A stretch of 64,000 nt of DNA from Octopus bimaculoides (lineage: Eukaryota): the NCBI RefSeq assembly GCF_001194135.2, contig NC_068986.1, forward strand, positions 39,182,288 through 39,246,287. The letters are read 5' to 3'. Positions within the stretch are counted from its first letter, which is position 1, and each line of letters opens with the position of its first letter. The translations under genes and the position numbers were made by a program. The notes under the pieces were generated by a model. It did not search any database, was not told the DNA's origin, and was given only the letters and a program-made list of their open reading frames with translations. Below, in pieces: positions 1 to 12,732 of the stretch.

Positions 1-769
1 AAATTTCTTCCAGTCCTTCCTGACCTGTACCTGCATTCTTTATCCATGAAGAGCTCCTCTCTATCTTATCCCTTATATACAACACATATTTAGGTGCAGG
101 CATAGCTGTGTGGTTAAGAAGTTTGCTTCCCAACCACATGGCTTCAGGTTCAGTCCCACTGCATTGCACCTTGAGCAAGTGTCTTCTACTATAGCCCAAA
201 CCAACCAAAGCAAGTGGATTTGGTAGATGGAAACTGAAGAAGTCTGTCATGTGTGTATAAGCATGGAAAAGTTATAATGATGATATCTACTTGCCTCTAC
301 TTTAGAATCTCTACAAATTTCTCCAGGCATACCTTTCAGTATAACAACATTAATGATGGTAGCTCTGATGTTTTTACATCTGAGCTGAGGAGAGTTTCCA
401 ATGGGATATTCCAGTGAACTTAGGTGGGTTTCGAGTGTGTGTGTGTGTGTATGTGTGTGACTGCGACTATATGGTCTCAAGTTCAGTTGCACTGTGCTGC
501 AACTTGAGCAAACATTTTCTATCATTGCTTTAGGTTGGCCAATACCTTGTGAATGAAATTTGCAAATACAAACTGCATTGAAGCCTATCATATGTGTGTG
601 GGTGTGTGTATGTGAGTATGCATATTTAAGAATCAGCACATGCATGTGTATGCATGAAAATTGCCAATTCTGTTTCTCACATGGAATGGTCTGTCCAACA
701 AATATTGTTGTGTTTACACTCCTAGTTGACATTACATATCACAGATCTGCATTTTATAAAAGACCTGTA

Positions 770-2722
770 TATCATCATCATCATCATCATCATTTAACGT
801 CCGTTTTCCATGGTGGTATGGGTTGGACGATTTGACTGAGGTCTGGAGAGCCAGCGGCTGCACCAGTCTCCAATCTGATCAAGCAATGTTTCTACAGCTA
901 GATGCCCTTCCTACACTCTGAGAGTGTAGTGGGTGCTTTTTATGTGCCACCAGCACAGGATCCAGTCAGGCGGGCCTGGCATCGATCATATTCAGATAGT
1001 GCTTTTTACGTGCCACCAGCACGGGAGCCAGTCAAGCCTTAGCACCAATCATCTTTGGATAGTGCTTTTTTTATGTGCCACCGGCATGGGAGCTAGTCAG
1101 GGGGCACTGGCATTGACCATGTTCGGATGATGCATTTTACACGCCATTGGAATGGGAGCCAGTCAGGGGGCACTGGCCACAACTACGATTTTGGTTTTAC
1201 TTGACTCAACGGGTCTTGTCAAGTATATCATATTGCCCGACACATCAAGGGTACTCTTAAATGGGTCAGTCATGCAACACTGGCATTGGTCATGGCTGCA
1301 ATCTCACTTTAGTTGTCGGCTCTTCTCAAGCACAGCATATCTCCAAAGGTTTCAGTCTCCTGTCATTGCCTCTGTGAGGCCCAACGTTCAAAGGTCATGC
1401 TTCACCACATCATCCTATGTGTTCCAGGTCTACCTCTTTCACAGGTTCCTTCAACAGTTAGGGTTTGGTACTTCCTCACACAGCTGTCCTCATCCATACA
1501 TAACACATGGCCATACCAGTGCAGTTGTCTCTCTTGCACACCACATTTGATGCCCCTTATGTCTAACTTTTCTCTCAGGGCACTCACACTCTGTCGTGTA
1601 TGCACACTGCCATTACACATCCAGTGGATCATACTGGCTTCATTTCTTTCAAGTCTACAAATGTTCTCAGCAGTCATGGCCCATGTTTCACTGCTGTGTA
1701 GCATGGCAGTTTGCACACATGCATCATACAGTGTACCTTTCATCCTGAGCGAGAGGCCCTTAGTTGCCAGCAGAGGTAGGAGCTTTCTGAACTTTGCCCA
1801 GGATATTCTTATTCTAGACGCTACACTCTCAGAGCAACCACCCCACCACTACAGACTTGGTCGCCTAGGTAGCGGAAGCTATTAACTACTTCTAGTTTTT
1901 TCCCCTGGAATGTGATGGAATCTACTTTCTGTACATCTTCAGTGTTTATTGCTCCTGTGTACCCCCCCCCCAAAAAAAAAAACTATCTTTCTGGTTAACC
2001 TTCCTTTGATATTGCTGCACCTTTTATGTATCCATAGCTTACACTGGGTACATTGTCTGGAGTTTCTACCCACACCTTTTCTACAGATTGAGCAGGGCCA
2101 TCTACTTGAAGGGATTTGTGATTTGTTAGATTTACTACTTACTAAGACTTTTGCTTTTGTTAGGTTAACCCTAAGGCCCTTCGATTCCAGACCTTGCTTC
2201 CACACTCTAAACTTCGTCTCTAGTTCTGGCAGTGATTTGGCTATTAGAGCAAGGTCATCAGCATAGAGGAGCTCCTAGGGGCAACCTGTCTTGATTCCTC
2301 TGTTATTGCCAGGAGGACTATAATGAACAAGAGGGGAGCTGAGGACTGATCCTTGGTGAACTCTTACTTCTACTCAGAATTCTTCACTATACTCATTACC
2401 AACCCTCACCTTACTGACAGCATCCCTGTACAGCCCTTACCAACTATTTGTCTATCCCCACTTTCTGCACTGATCACCAGGTAAGAGATTGGAGTACCCT
2501 GTCAAAGGCTTTCTCCAAGTCAACAAAAGCCAAGTACAGAAGTTTATCTTTGGCTAGATATTTCTCCTGCAGTTGCCTTACCAGAAATATAGCATCAGTG
2601 GTGCTTCTGCCTGGCACAAAACCAAACTGCATCTCATCTAGGCTAAATCTCTTCCAAATTAGTTGGGCTATATCCCTCTTTGTAACTTTCATCACCTGAT
2701 CCAATAATTTGCGGGCTTGTTT
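770..2722 (-). mobile_element. 5'-truncated, frameshifted RTE-clade LINE
   Basis: ORFs 2474..2794 (QFGFVPGRSTTDAIF...AFVDLEKAFDRV), 1939..2205 and 1402..1743 (SETW...RQLHWYGHV); YADD at about 2255-2266; 3'UTR with about 62-66 bp internal repeats and a (GAT)n tail at 770-793. Confidence 0.92.
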
Positions 2723-2919
2723 CAGTTTCCATCTAACAAATTCACTCACAAGACTTTGGCTGGACTGAGGCTCTAGTGGAAGACATTTGCCCAAAGTGCC
2801 ACATGTGGTTAGGAAACAAACTTTTTACTACACAACCACTACTGCTGCACACACGCACATGCACACACGCACATGCACACACGCACATGCACACACACAC
2901 ACACAAGAAATATATTAAG

Positions 2920-2950
<31 letters not shown>

Positions 2951-3924
2951 ATATACATACATACATATATATAGATATACATATGTATATATATATATAT
3001 ATAAGAGTGACATATACAAAAGAAACAATGAAAAAAGAAGAAAGCCTCCCTTCTCCATCCCTTGCACAGTACATAAAAATGATTTATACTAGGTGTCAAT
3101 TTTAGACCAGTGATTAGAGGTTAAAAGCCACTGATTTATTACAGATTGTAATGCACTGGTTGGCAAGCAGTCAAAGAGGACGGCATTTTTCTTATCTTTT
3201 CCTCCATCTGGTTTTTAAGTCACGATTTTAATCCAAACATTAGATTAAAATCTGTCAATAATTTAACCACCTTGATTTTTTTTGTTTTTGATATAGTAAA
3301 CCACTGCTTGGGTTTACAATGTGAGATATTCTAAATCTTTATGAGCTGGTTAAAATGTCTTTTATCTTTTACTTATTTCAGTCATTAGACTGTGGCCATG
3401 CAGGGGCACCACCTTGAAGTATTTTAGTTGAATGAATTGATTGCAGTACTATTTATTTTTTTATGCCTGACACTTATTTTATTGGTCGCTTTTGCTGAAC
3501 TGCAACTTACAGGGACATAAACAAACCAACACCAGCTGTCAAGTGGTGATGCGAGGCAAACTCAGACGCAAATCCACACACACACACACAATGGACTTCT
3601 TTCAGTTTCTGCCTACCAAATCTCCTCACAAGGCTTTGGTTGACCTGAAGCTAGAGTAGAAAGCACCTGCCCATGATGCCATGTAATGATACTGAACCTA
3701 GAACCATGTGGCTGGGGCGCAAACTTCTTACCACACAATTTGACCGATGTCATTGTTGTTGGCAGTGGTGTCATTGGCATCGATGTCATCATCATAGAAT
3801 TTGTTGACGCAGATTTTTATGTAGCTGGATGATGCCCTTCTTGCCACCATTCTTCAGCTGTTTCCAAGTAAGGTACTATTTTCCCATGTCAGCATCATCA
3901 TCATTATCCTCCTCCTTTAACATC

Positions 3925-4110
3925 TGTTATCATCATCATTTAACATCTGTTTTCTAAGCAGACATAGGTTGGATGGTTTGACAGGAGCTGTCCAGGCTCC
4001 AATTGTCTGTTATGGCATGGTTTCTAAGACTGGATGCCCTTCTTAACATCAACCAGTTTACAGAGTGCACTGGGTGCTTTATATGCGGCACTGACATGGG
4101 TGCTGTCAGG
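3925..4110 (-). mobile_element. RTE 3'-terminal fragment
   Basis: catcatcatttaacatctgttttc...ggatgcccttcttaac...gggtgc matches the 3' end of the 770-2722 element. Confidence 0.7.
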
Positions 4111-4215
4111 ACATATTTTCACAGGTGATTGGAAATGAAGGGCAGTGCTTGCAGATGATGACACTTGTTTTACAAGTATCATGTGATGTCAGGACAAAAA
4201 GACACAAGCACGCAT

Positions 4216-4260
<45 letters not shown>

Positions 4261-4814
4261 CATAATATATATGATGGGCTTCATTTAGTTTCTGTCTAGG
4301 AAATCTACTCATAGTGCTTTGTTCTTCCTGAGGCTATTGTAGAAGACACTTGTCCAAGGTGTCTAGACTTGGAAACAAACAAGCAGATGAGCAGACACCC
4401 GACCTTATAATGGTAAAGGTAGCACCGTTCCATTATCATGTGATGAGGAAAAAATAATGGTTGCAGAGAAAAGTATCAAAACTGTTGAGTGAAACACAAA
4501 AGGAAAAATGAAAAAGAAATCGCTCTCTCTCTCACACACACACAAGTCAAAAGTAACAGAAAACAAACCAAAATGTCTGATGATGAACAACCTCCTCAAA
4601 ACAAGTGATGCTCCTCCTCAAAGTAATGAGGAAAACACTAAAGAAACAGATGAGTTACTGTCCTACACAGATCAAACCACCAGCTAACAGACAAAATCAT
4701 GTATCTGTGGTGTCATGGATATTCTGGTGATGTGAAAATGACAGCAGTGCAGTTGGGATTGGAACAGAGGAGACAAGCAATAAGCAATGGTAGGTTGTTG
4801 GTAAAAACAACACA

Positions 4815-5030
4815 ATGGCATTATGAGTGATGGTGACATTATATCTGCTGTTGATGAGATGTTTTGACTGACAGGATGACAGCTTCTTCACCGATGGTAT
4901 CCAAGCACTGCAGCACTGATGGAAGAAGTATGTTGACTGCAAGGGGGACTATGTTGAAAATAAACCTCATTTGGTAACATTCCACGAGAGCATCTTGGTC
5001 AGCCTATGAACTTTTCAGTCGACCATCATA
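4815..5030 (+). mobile_element. Mariner 3' end (family 1)
   Basis: FFTDGIQALQH*WKKYVDCKGDYVE, followed by TIR-like ggtcagcctatgaacttttcagtcgacc...ta. Confidence 0.75.
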
Positions 5031-5459
5031 CGATGAACTGAAGCAATCTAATCAGAAGACATGCATTGTAATCTACTCCAACCAACTAAAATAATATTAA
5101 GAGATGTCTTTTAGGTGCATAAGATAGCAGTATGAGGAATAGGTGGCAAGTAGAGACATGTCAGTAGATTATCTTCCATGTATGGACAAGAATGTTTCGT
5201 TGACTTTAAATCAGATCTTATTCTAATTGTTGTATGGTTTATCATATTTGTTATTTATTCCATGTAAATATTTATACTTTCACTAATTTAGCCAATTATA
5301 TATATATAACTTAATGTCTTTTATCCCTTCCCTTGTCTTTCTGTAACTTACCTGTTCAACCCCACTTGTCTTTGGAATGTGTTTAATGTATCTTTGTTCT
5401 TTTTATGTGGCTCTGAGTCCTTGTGACTAAAAGAGTGATGTTGCTGCTGCTGCTGCTGC

Positions 5460-5502
<43 letters not shown>

Positions 5503-5726
5503 ATTATTATTATTATTATTAAGGTGGTGAGCTGGCAGAAACATTAGCATGCTGGACGAAAAGCTTAGCGATATATTACATCCATCGCTTTGATCTGAGT
5601 TCAAATTCTGCTGAGATCGACTTTACCTTTCATCCTTTCAGGGTCAATAAAATAAGTACCAGTTGAACACTGGAGTTTATGTAATCAACTCATCCCCTCC
5701 CCACAATTATTATTATTATTATTATT

Positions 5727-6485
5727 CAGTAGTTTTGTTTTTATAGTGTGCTTTCACTTCACTACCGAGCACAGGTCTGTGTGCCTTGGGTATGTGCTAT
5801 GATGCTCTTATGGTTACTGTATTGAAAGTGTTTTGCGTAGGGTATGTGCAGTGCCCAGTAGTGCAATTTTCTGTATGTTATATATATTTGTAAGTCCTGG
5901 TGTTTTTGTTATGTATTTGTCTGAATATTTTTTTATCATACCTAAGGCACCTACTATGATAGGAATTGTTTCTGTTTTTAGATTCCACATTCGAGTTACC
6001 TCTATTTCCAGGTCTTTGTATTTTGAAAGGTTTCTCCATTTCTTTTAGGGAAACGTCATCTGCTGGTATTGATACATCAATTAGAAAGCATTTTTTTCCT
6101 TCATGATCTCTAACAACTATATCTGGCCTATTGGCCTTAATTTCTCTATCTGTGTGTATTGGCATATATTCCAGAGTATGGTTGTTTTCTCGTTTTCTGT
6201 GACCTTTTCTGGCATGTGCCTATACCATCTTTTTTCTGTTGTTATTCCATAGTGTTGGCATAGATTCCAGTGTATGTAGGTCCCAGCTCTGTTGTCTGAA
6301 TATATTCCTTCTTAGCCAGGACTGGGCAGCCAGAGATAATATGGTTTATTGTTTCTTGTCCATCGCCACATATTCAGCAGTTTCTTTTCATTATATGTTT
6401 TTTGGTAATTTCTGGTGGGGAGCTTGGTTGGGAAAAAATTCCTCTACAACCTTGCTCCTTCTGACTATCATTTGTTTCGTAGTTT
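5727..6485 (-). mobile_element. R4/Dong-like non-LTR retrotransposon 3' part (CCHC and restriction-like endonuclease)
   Basis: C*ICGDGQETINHIISGC zinc knuckle; ORF 5878..6165 NRPDIVVRD...CFLIDVSIP (PD..D motif); 3' end abuts (AAT)n. Confidence 0.85.
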
Positions 6486-6489
6486 ATAG

Positions 6490-6733
6490 AATCATTTAGG
6501 GGACATAACTTTTGCAAGCCAGGAGAAGGTCGAAACTGACATTTCAGAGTTCTTCGCTTCGAAACCAAAAGAGTTTTACATTGATGGGATTAAAAAGCTT
6601 GTAAATAGATGGAAGGAAGTCATAGATAATCAGGGAGAGTACATTGATGATTAAATTTCAATTAAATGTAACATTTGATCACTTGTTTTCTTTATTCAAA
6701 ATTCGGACAGAACTTATGGGATGACCTGATATA
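6490..6733 (+). mobile_element. Mariner 3' end (family 2)
   Basis: Open frame 6490-6654 NHLGDITF...FFASKPKEFYIDGIKKLVNRWKEVIDNQGEYIDD*, followed by TIR-like cggacagaacttatgggatgacctgata TA. Confidence 0.85.
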
Positions 6734-7056
6734 TGTTCTGAGTTCAAATTCCACTGAGGCCTACTCTTCTTTGCCTTCCATCCTTTTGGGGTCCCCCCAA
6801 ATTCCAGGTTTTGTACCTATAGTAGAAAGGGTTATTATTATTCAGGTGGTGAGCTGGCAGAATCTTTAGTATGTTGGATAAAATGCTTAGCAGTATTTCA
6901 TCAGCCTTTTCATTCTGAGTTCAAATTCTGCTGAGGTTGACTTTGTCCTTCATCCTTTTGGGGTTGGTAAAATAAGTGCCAGTTGAACACCAGGGCTGAT
7001 GTAAGTGACATAGCCCCTCCTCCAAAACTGCTGGGCTTGTGCAAGAATTTGACATC

Positions 7057-7108
<52 letters not shown>

Positions 7109-7719
7109 TCAGTGGTAATCGTGCTTCAGATAACACTAAGAAATGATGGAATGCTTTAATGGAATAAATTTAAGTGATTAAGATTAGCTAAGTGGTGATT
7201 TCCTTTTTTTGTGGCATTATCTGTGGATATATGAATCTTAAATTATGAAAGATAAATTGAGTTTCTTGAAGTGGAAGGAAAATCAGTTAATGCGCATTAA
7301 AACGTCCAGAAATACCACAAAGAAATTGTCTATTTTTCACATTGTCAATACTGAAAGACAAACACATACAGTTTCCTTTGAAACTCTCTCTCTGTCTCTC
7401 TTTCACATATGCAACACCTATCAGAAAACAAGAACTACTTTTTAATCCCAGGAACCCAAATATTCAATACAAAGACTGGTGGATTGGCAAAATTAATCGA
7501 AAATCAGATAAGATACTTTGCAGTATTTTTCCAGGCTCTTTACATTCTGAAGTCAAATCCTGCTGAGGTTAACTCAGCTGTTCGACCCTTTTGGTAGGTC
7601 AATAAAGAAAAGAGTCTTTCAAATACTGGAATTGATATACTAACTATTCCTGTCTCCCAAAATTTCAGGTTTAGTGCCAATATAAGAAACAATTATTATA
7701 GAATATAATTTATAACTGG

Positions 7720-8062
7720 TATACGTAATTAAGGCTAGAGTCCAAAATGATACAGTTCAAACAACAATGGGTATCAACAGGATCAGTGATGAAATAAAAT
7801 GCAGACGTTGAAACTGGATTGTACATATCCTTACAAGATTAAGTAAGTGATTGTACGATGGCACTAAAGTGGAAGCCTGAGGGGAAAAGAGCAGCAGGGT
7901 GCCCTAAAACAACATGGTGAAAGACCATTGACAAGGAAAGAAGATGAGAAGGGTGGAGAAGTTGGAATGAGACTAGAACAGTGGCAGAAAACAGGGCTGG
8001 TTGAAGAGATCATTTTGTGGCTTTATGTACCTCATGACATGGAGAAAACTAACTAACTAATA
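7720..8062 (+). mobile_element. Distinct RTE-like LINE C-terminus with (AACT)n tail
   Basis: Degenerate translation RR*NWIVHIL...ALKWKPEGKRAAGCPKTTW...AENRAG*R...ALC. Confidence 0.75.
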
Positions 8063-8378
8063 TGCAATTAAGACAGTATCAAATTAAAATAGCCACTTAT
8101 GTATCATACTTAATGTATACACACTGTTGATAGAAACAGTTATTGCAGTATTTCTCCTGAGATAACATCTGTTATAGATGAGCTGTATTAAAAACAGAAT
8201 AAATATCAGAGGGAGATGAAAATTCATTCCATCAGTGACCAGTGATAATATCAATGTATTTTGGCCACTTTGGAACTTCTGGACTGAAATGCATGTGATG
8301 TTCTTGTTGGCCACTGTTGGGACTGAACCTTAACAACAACTTCTTACTAGAAATATACATTAGAATGATTTTACTTAC

Positions 8379-8440
8379 CCTCCTCGAATGTAATCCAAAA
8401 ATGTGTATACTTTGTCGATGGAAAAGCTCAATAAATCTAC
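8379..8440 (-). CDS. CPNE8: Copine exon (62 nt): VDLLSFSIDKVYTFLDYIRG(G)
   Basis: cttttatag|GTAGATTTA...CGAGGAGG|gtaagt. The FLDYIRGG motif precedes the copine vWA domain. The next exon (...VAIDFTASNG) was not found in 1-8378. Confidence 0.96.
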
Positions 8441-8859
8441 CTATAAAAGATAAGATAAAATAAAATAAAATCATGATAAAAGAACCAATTGTAAGTTTAT
8501 ATAATATTAAGTTATAATTTATATAATATTAAGTTTTAATTAAGGCAGTCCATCAGGCGGAGAATTAGTAGAGTTTTGCCTACTCTTTATATTAGTCAGA
8601 CTGGTGAAAGCAACAACGAAGATGATGTTGTCAGTCTGATTAAAATAAACAGTATACATTATATAAATTCATTTCAGAAACATAGAATTGTATTAGTAGA
8701 GTTATTAGAACATTGGATAGAATGCCTTTTGGTATTTTTTCTGACTTTCTGTGCCCTGAGTTCAAATACCATCACAACTTTATCTTTCATTCTTTCAGGG
8801 CCAGTAAACAATATAACAATTCAGGATGGTGGATTGGCAGAACTACAAGAAATAAGTAC

Positions 8860-9012
8860 AAGCATGGGTGTGGGTAAGAAGATTGCTTCTCAACCACATG
8901 GTTCTGCATTCAGCTCTACAGCATGATACTTTTCCTATAGCCCCAGGTTGATCAAAGCCTTGTGAGCGGATTTGATAGATGGAAACTGGAAGAAACCCAT
9001 CATGTGTATATG

Positions 9013-9054
<42 letters not shown>

Positions 9055-9252
9055 ACTGCTTCCTTGCCTTGACATCACATGATAGTTGTAAAAACAAATG
9101 TTACCATAATGCAAGCAGTGTCCGTCATTTCCAGCCTTCCATGAAAACATGTCTCATCATGGGAAAATAGTACCTTATTTGGAAACAAGTGAAGGTTGTT
9201 GACAGGAAAGGCATCCAGCTGTAGAAAAGTGGATGTTACAATGATGGTGATA
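8860..9252 (+). mobile_element. tRNA/CORE-type SINE, tail variant 2 (RTE-like 3' end)
   Basis: Same head, (TG)n middle, ends gacaggaaaggcatccagctgtagaaaagtggatgtta...gat. Other copies at about 12290-12730(-), 17545-17930(+), 32590-33060(+), 35850-36240(-) and 56945-57280(+). Head-only copies at about 95-250, 2710-2850, 4270-4370, 10270-10410, 20455-20580, 33320-33460, 35410-35545, 45135-45260, 52270-52400 and 53680-53820. Confidence 0.85.
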
Positions 9253-10529
9253 ACAAAATTGAACTGGATATTTTGTAGTATTTGTTCTGGCTCTTTGTGT
9301 TTTAAGATCGTCCCAGGACAGTGGCTTGATAAGATTGTCAGAGTGTCATGTGGTATCTGTACTAACCTTTTGTGTTCTGATAGCAGTGACCATGATGAGA
9401 CTGGTACCAAGCTGTATTGGCCCTAAAGCATAGATCTTTCCATTGGACAATATCAGTGACATGATGAGGAGAAATTTGCAAATATGGACAACAGCTTGTC
9501 TTAAAAAAAAAAAACTCAAAAGAACCCCAAACATTTCAGCAAAGACTTGCCCAAACTACTGCCTACAGGTAATGATATATGAGTAACCCTGATCAATAGA
9601 AACCTCTAGTTTTAATTAAGGTTGTCCAGTCAAAGTCAAAAACTAAAGTTTTAATTAAATCTTAACAGTTTACTATATTTAATATCCAAAGAATCACTCA
9701 TTACAAGTTAGCAAGTAAATTTATATGTACTTGATCAAGTAGCGCAAAATAAGGGCTATAAATTTTCCAACAAATTTTTTTGGTGTTTGAAATAAAGGCC
9801 TCCTTGGTGGAACATTATGAGTTCACAAGAGGCAGCAAATGTCAAGAAGGTACTATGGGAGAGATGCTGTGTATTAAGGGGGTCATAGACAGTTTTAGAA
9901 ATACAATATTTAAACCAGGTATGGAACTTATATCTTAAACACGGTTGATAAAAAAAAAAAAACCCTTTTATTATGAATAGAGTGTTAGTTGGACATTGTA
10001 TTATCAATGAGCAAAAGCATGTCATATGGACATTGTATTATCAGTGAGAAGAAACATGCTGGGATCTAATATAAATTTCATGATATAAACCTTTGTTTAC
10101 TTCAGTGTTTTCATAAGAGTTTATCATAAAGATCACTAGTTCATGGAAATATCTAAACAGTGGTGCATACTGGATGGGACAATATCAGAAAATATGGATA
10201 ATGAACCACCAAACAAAATTAACTTCTGTTTCATTAAAATAATCTGTCAATTTTTCTTTTTCTGTTTCTTTTAGTTTCTGTCTACCAAATCCACTTATAA
10301 GGTTTTTGATCAGCTTGGGGTTATAGTAGAAAAAACTTGTCTGATGTGCCATGCGGTAGGACTGAACTTGAAACTATGTGGTCAGGAAGCAACCAGATAG
10401 TCATACCTACACCTTATGTCAATATAAAAAGTTTAATTTATATATAGTCCAACCCATACTAGCATGTAAAGTGGACGTTAAACGACGATGATGATGATGA
10501 TGATGATGATGATATAAATGGAAACTTAC

Positions 10530-10583
10530 AATTCCTGAGTTTTTGTAGTTTTTCTTTTTTTCTTTCTTTTTGGGATTTATACA
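10530..10583 (-). CDS. CPNE8: Copine exon (54 nt), polybasic segment: CINPKKKEKKKNYKNSGI
   Basis: ttttgcag|TGTATAAATCCC...GGAATT|gtaagt. Matches the copine NPKKK..KKKY.NSG motif; phase 0/0. Confidence 0.96.
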
Positions 10584-12289
10584 CTGCAAAAGTGAATTAA
10601 AGAAAATAGGTTAGAATTGCAATAACAAAAACAACAAACCAATATGCCTGCTCAAATTAACTCTTTCCATCAGAAATATCATAAATCTTGCTCATAATTA
10701 GATTTTATACACTGTTTGGTTTTGGTATATGAAATAGTTAATCCTAGTACAAAATAATTTGCAGGATTTTATCTATTTATAGCAATTTATTTTTGAAGCA
10801 TTAGATAGATGAAGCAAATAGTTATAATTTTTATGGAGGTACTATAAATAACAACTCCACAATTTCCCTTTACTTTTAGTTAGTCATATTTCCTGGTGGA
10901 AATAAAATATAGAAAGATAAAAATTGATAGTTTGATACAAACAACATGTTACTATATACATATAACACATTCATTTTGGTTGAAGTTGACAACTCGAATG
11001 GTTATAAATTATTCAACCCAAAGCTTGAACCCTGACAGATGCTACACCTCAGGATCAGAGTAGACTTGGGAATAATAATGGCTAAGAGATGGTTCCACAC
11101 TCCTCAAAACCTTGTAATTCCTGAACCAGATGAAGTTTAAAGTCATATCCAATAACACTAATACTGTTTATTTATCAATTAATTATAGATGTAACATTAC
11201 CAGATATTAACAACAGTGGCAAAAATGTAAAGTATGTGCTCAGTATTACTTGTTATATGACTAAATGATACTTTAGTTTGTATATAGTAACCAAGACAAA
11301 TAAACTCAAGAAAATCGGATATCTCCCTTTGGAAAATAGATAAAGAGAAAGTAGGAGATACATCCTGACAATCAAATCCATAGATATTTTATTTTTTTTG
11401 CCTAGGCCCTGATAGTGAGATGTAAAACTGAAGTTTTTCCAAAATCTTCAACTGACATTTAGTTCTGGCACTCTGTTATTTCTATGGTCTGCCACATCAT
11501 CATATTTACATTAATAATGTTTTAAAAAATTCTTCTCCTCTTTAATATGAGCTGCATCATTGTGATTCTTTGTGTATGCAATTGGAGCTACTTTTATGAA
11601 AAGACTCTTTTGCAATTATGATCCCCTACAGAGACTCCTTCAGACATGTATTTGTCAATATTAACAGAGCAGATGATTTATGAAATTACAAACTAACATC
11701 TTATCAAAGCTGAAGTGGAGAATCTTGACCTCATACAGTAGATTTCAGTGAATGACATTGTTTTCTTACAGTTGCTATACTCTGGTTACAGTGGCTATTG
11801 ATTTTTAAACAAGATAGATCTGATTTATCTTAATGAATTCGCTATCTCTTTCTTCCTGTATTTACAATTTACTCGAGTATTCTTCTCTATCTCTCAAGAA
11901 TGTATAATTAATTTAAAGTGATCAAAATAAAATTAATTAATAATTAATAAGATAATCTATGGAAGGAGATCAAGTAGTCTTCTTACCACATCAATTTCCA
12001 AAACATAAAAACATAATTTGGCTTCTCATGTCATCCTACTCAATTGTCTATTTGAAAGCTAATAAATTACTGTTGCTATTAAAAATACTACAGCAATCTG
12101 GAGTAGATGAAATAAACATCACTGATATTTTGGGATCAATTGCTAGAGAATATTACTGCTGTGTTGGTGTTTGTTTTAATAGCCAGAGGAAGCATGATAA
12201 CTTTCACGATCTACAAGACTAAGGAGACTAAAGCAGTTCATGTTTAGTTTGAACAATTTGATGTCAATTCCAGCAGAAAAATTGTGGAT

Positions 12290-12732
12290 CATCATCATCA
12301 TCATCGTGATCATTGTTTTAATGTCCACTTTTCCATGCTCTTATAGGTTAGATGGAATTTTGTTTAGGTGGATTTTCTATGACAGGATGGTCTTCTTGTC
12401 ACCAACCCTCTTCTCTTTCCAAGTAAAGTGATATTTACCCACAGCCAGACATGTTTTCATGGAAGACTGGAAATGAAGGACACTGCTTGTTTGATGGTGA
12501 CATTTGTTTACAACTATCACATAATGTCAAAGAGACAGTATCATGCAGTGACACACACACACACACACACACATGATAGGCTTCTTTCAGTTTCCATCAA
12601 TCAAATTCACACACAAGGCTTTGGTTGGCTTGAGGTTATAGGAGAAGACACTTGCTCAAGGCACCACACAGTGGGATTGAACATGGAACCATGTGGTTGA
12701 GAAACAAACTTCTTACCACACAGCCATATTTG
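12290..12732 (-). mobile_element. tRNA/CORE-type SINE, tail variant 2
   Basis: Reverse complement of the 8860-9252 family with a (CAT)n end. Confidence 0.85.

Noticed and set aside
333-379. 47-nt minus-strand AG/GT segment with the size and phase expected for the next copine exon
   Set aside because: It translates to CKNIRATIINVVILK, with no resemblance to the conserved VAIDFTASNG exon.
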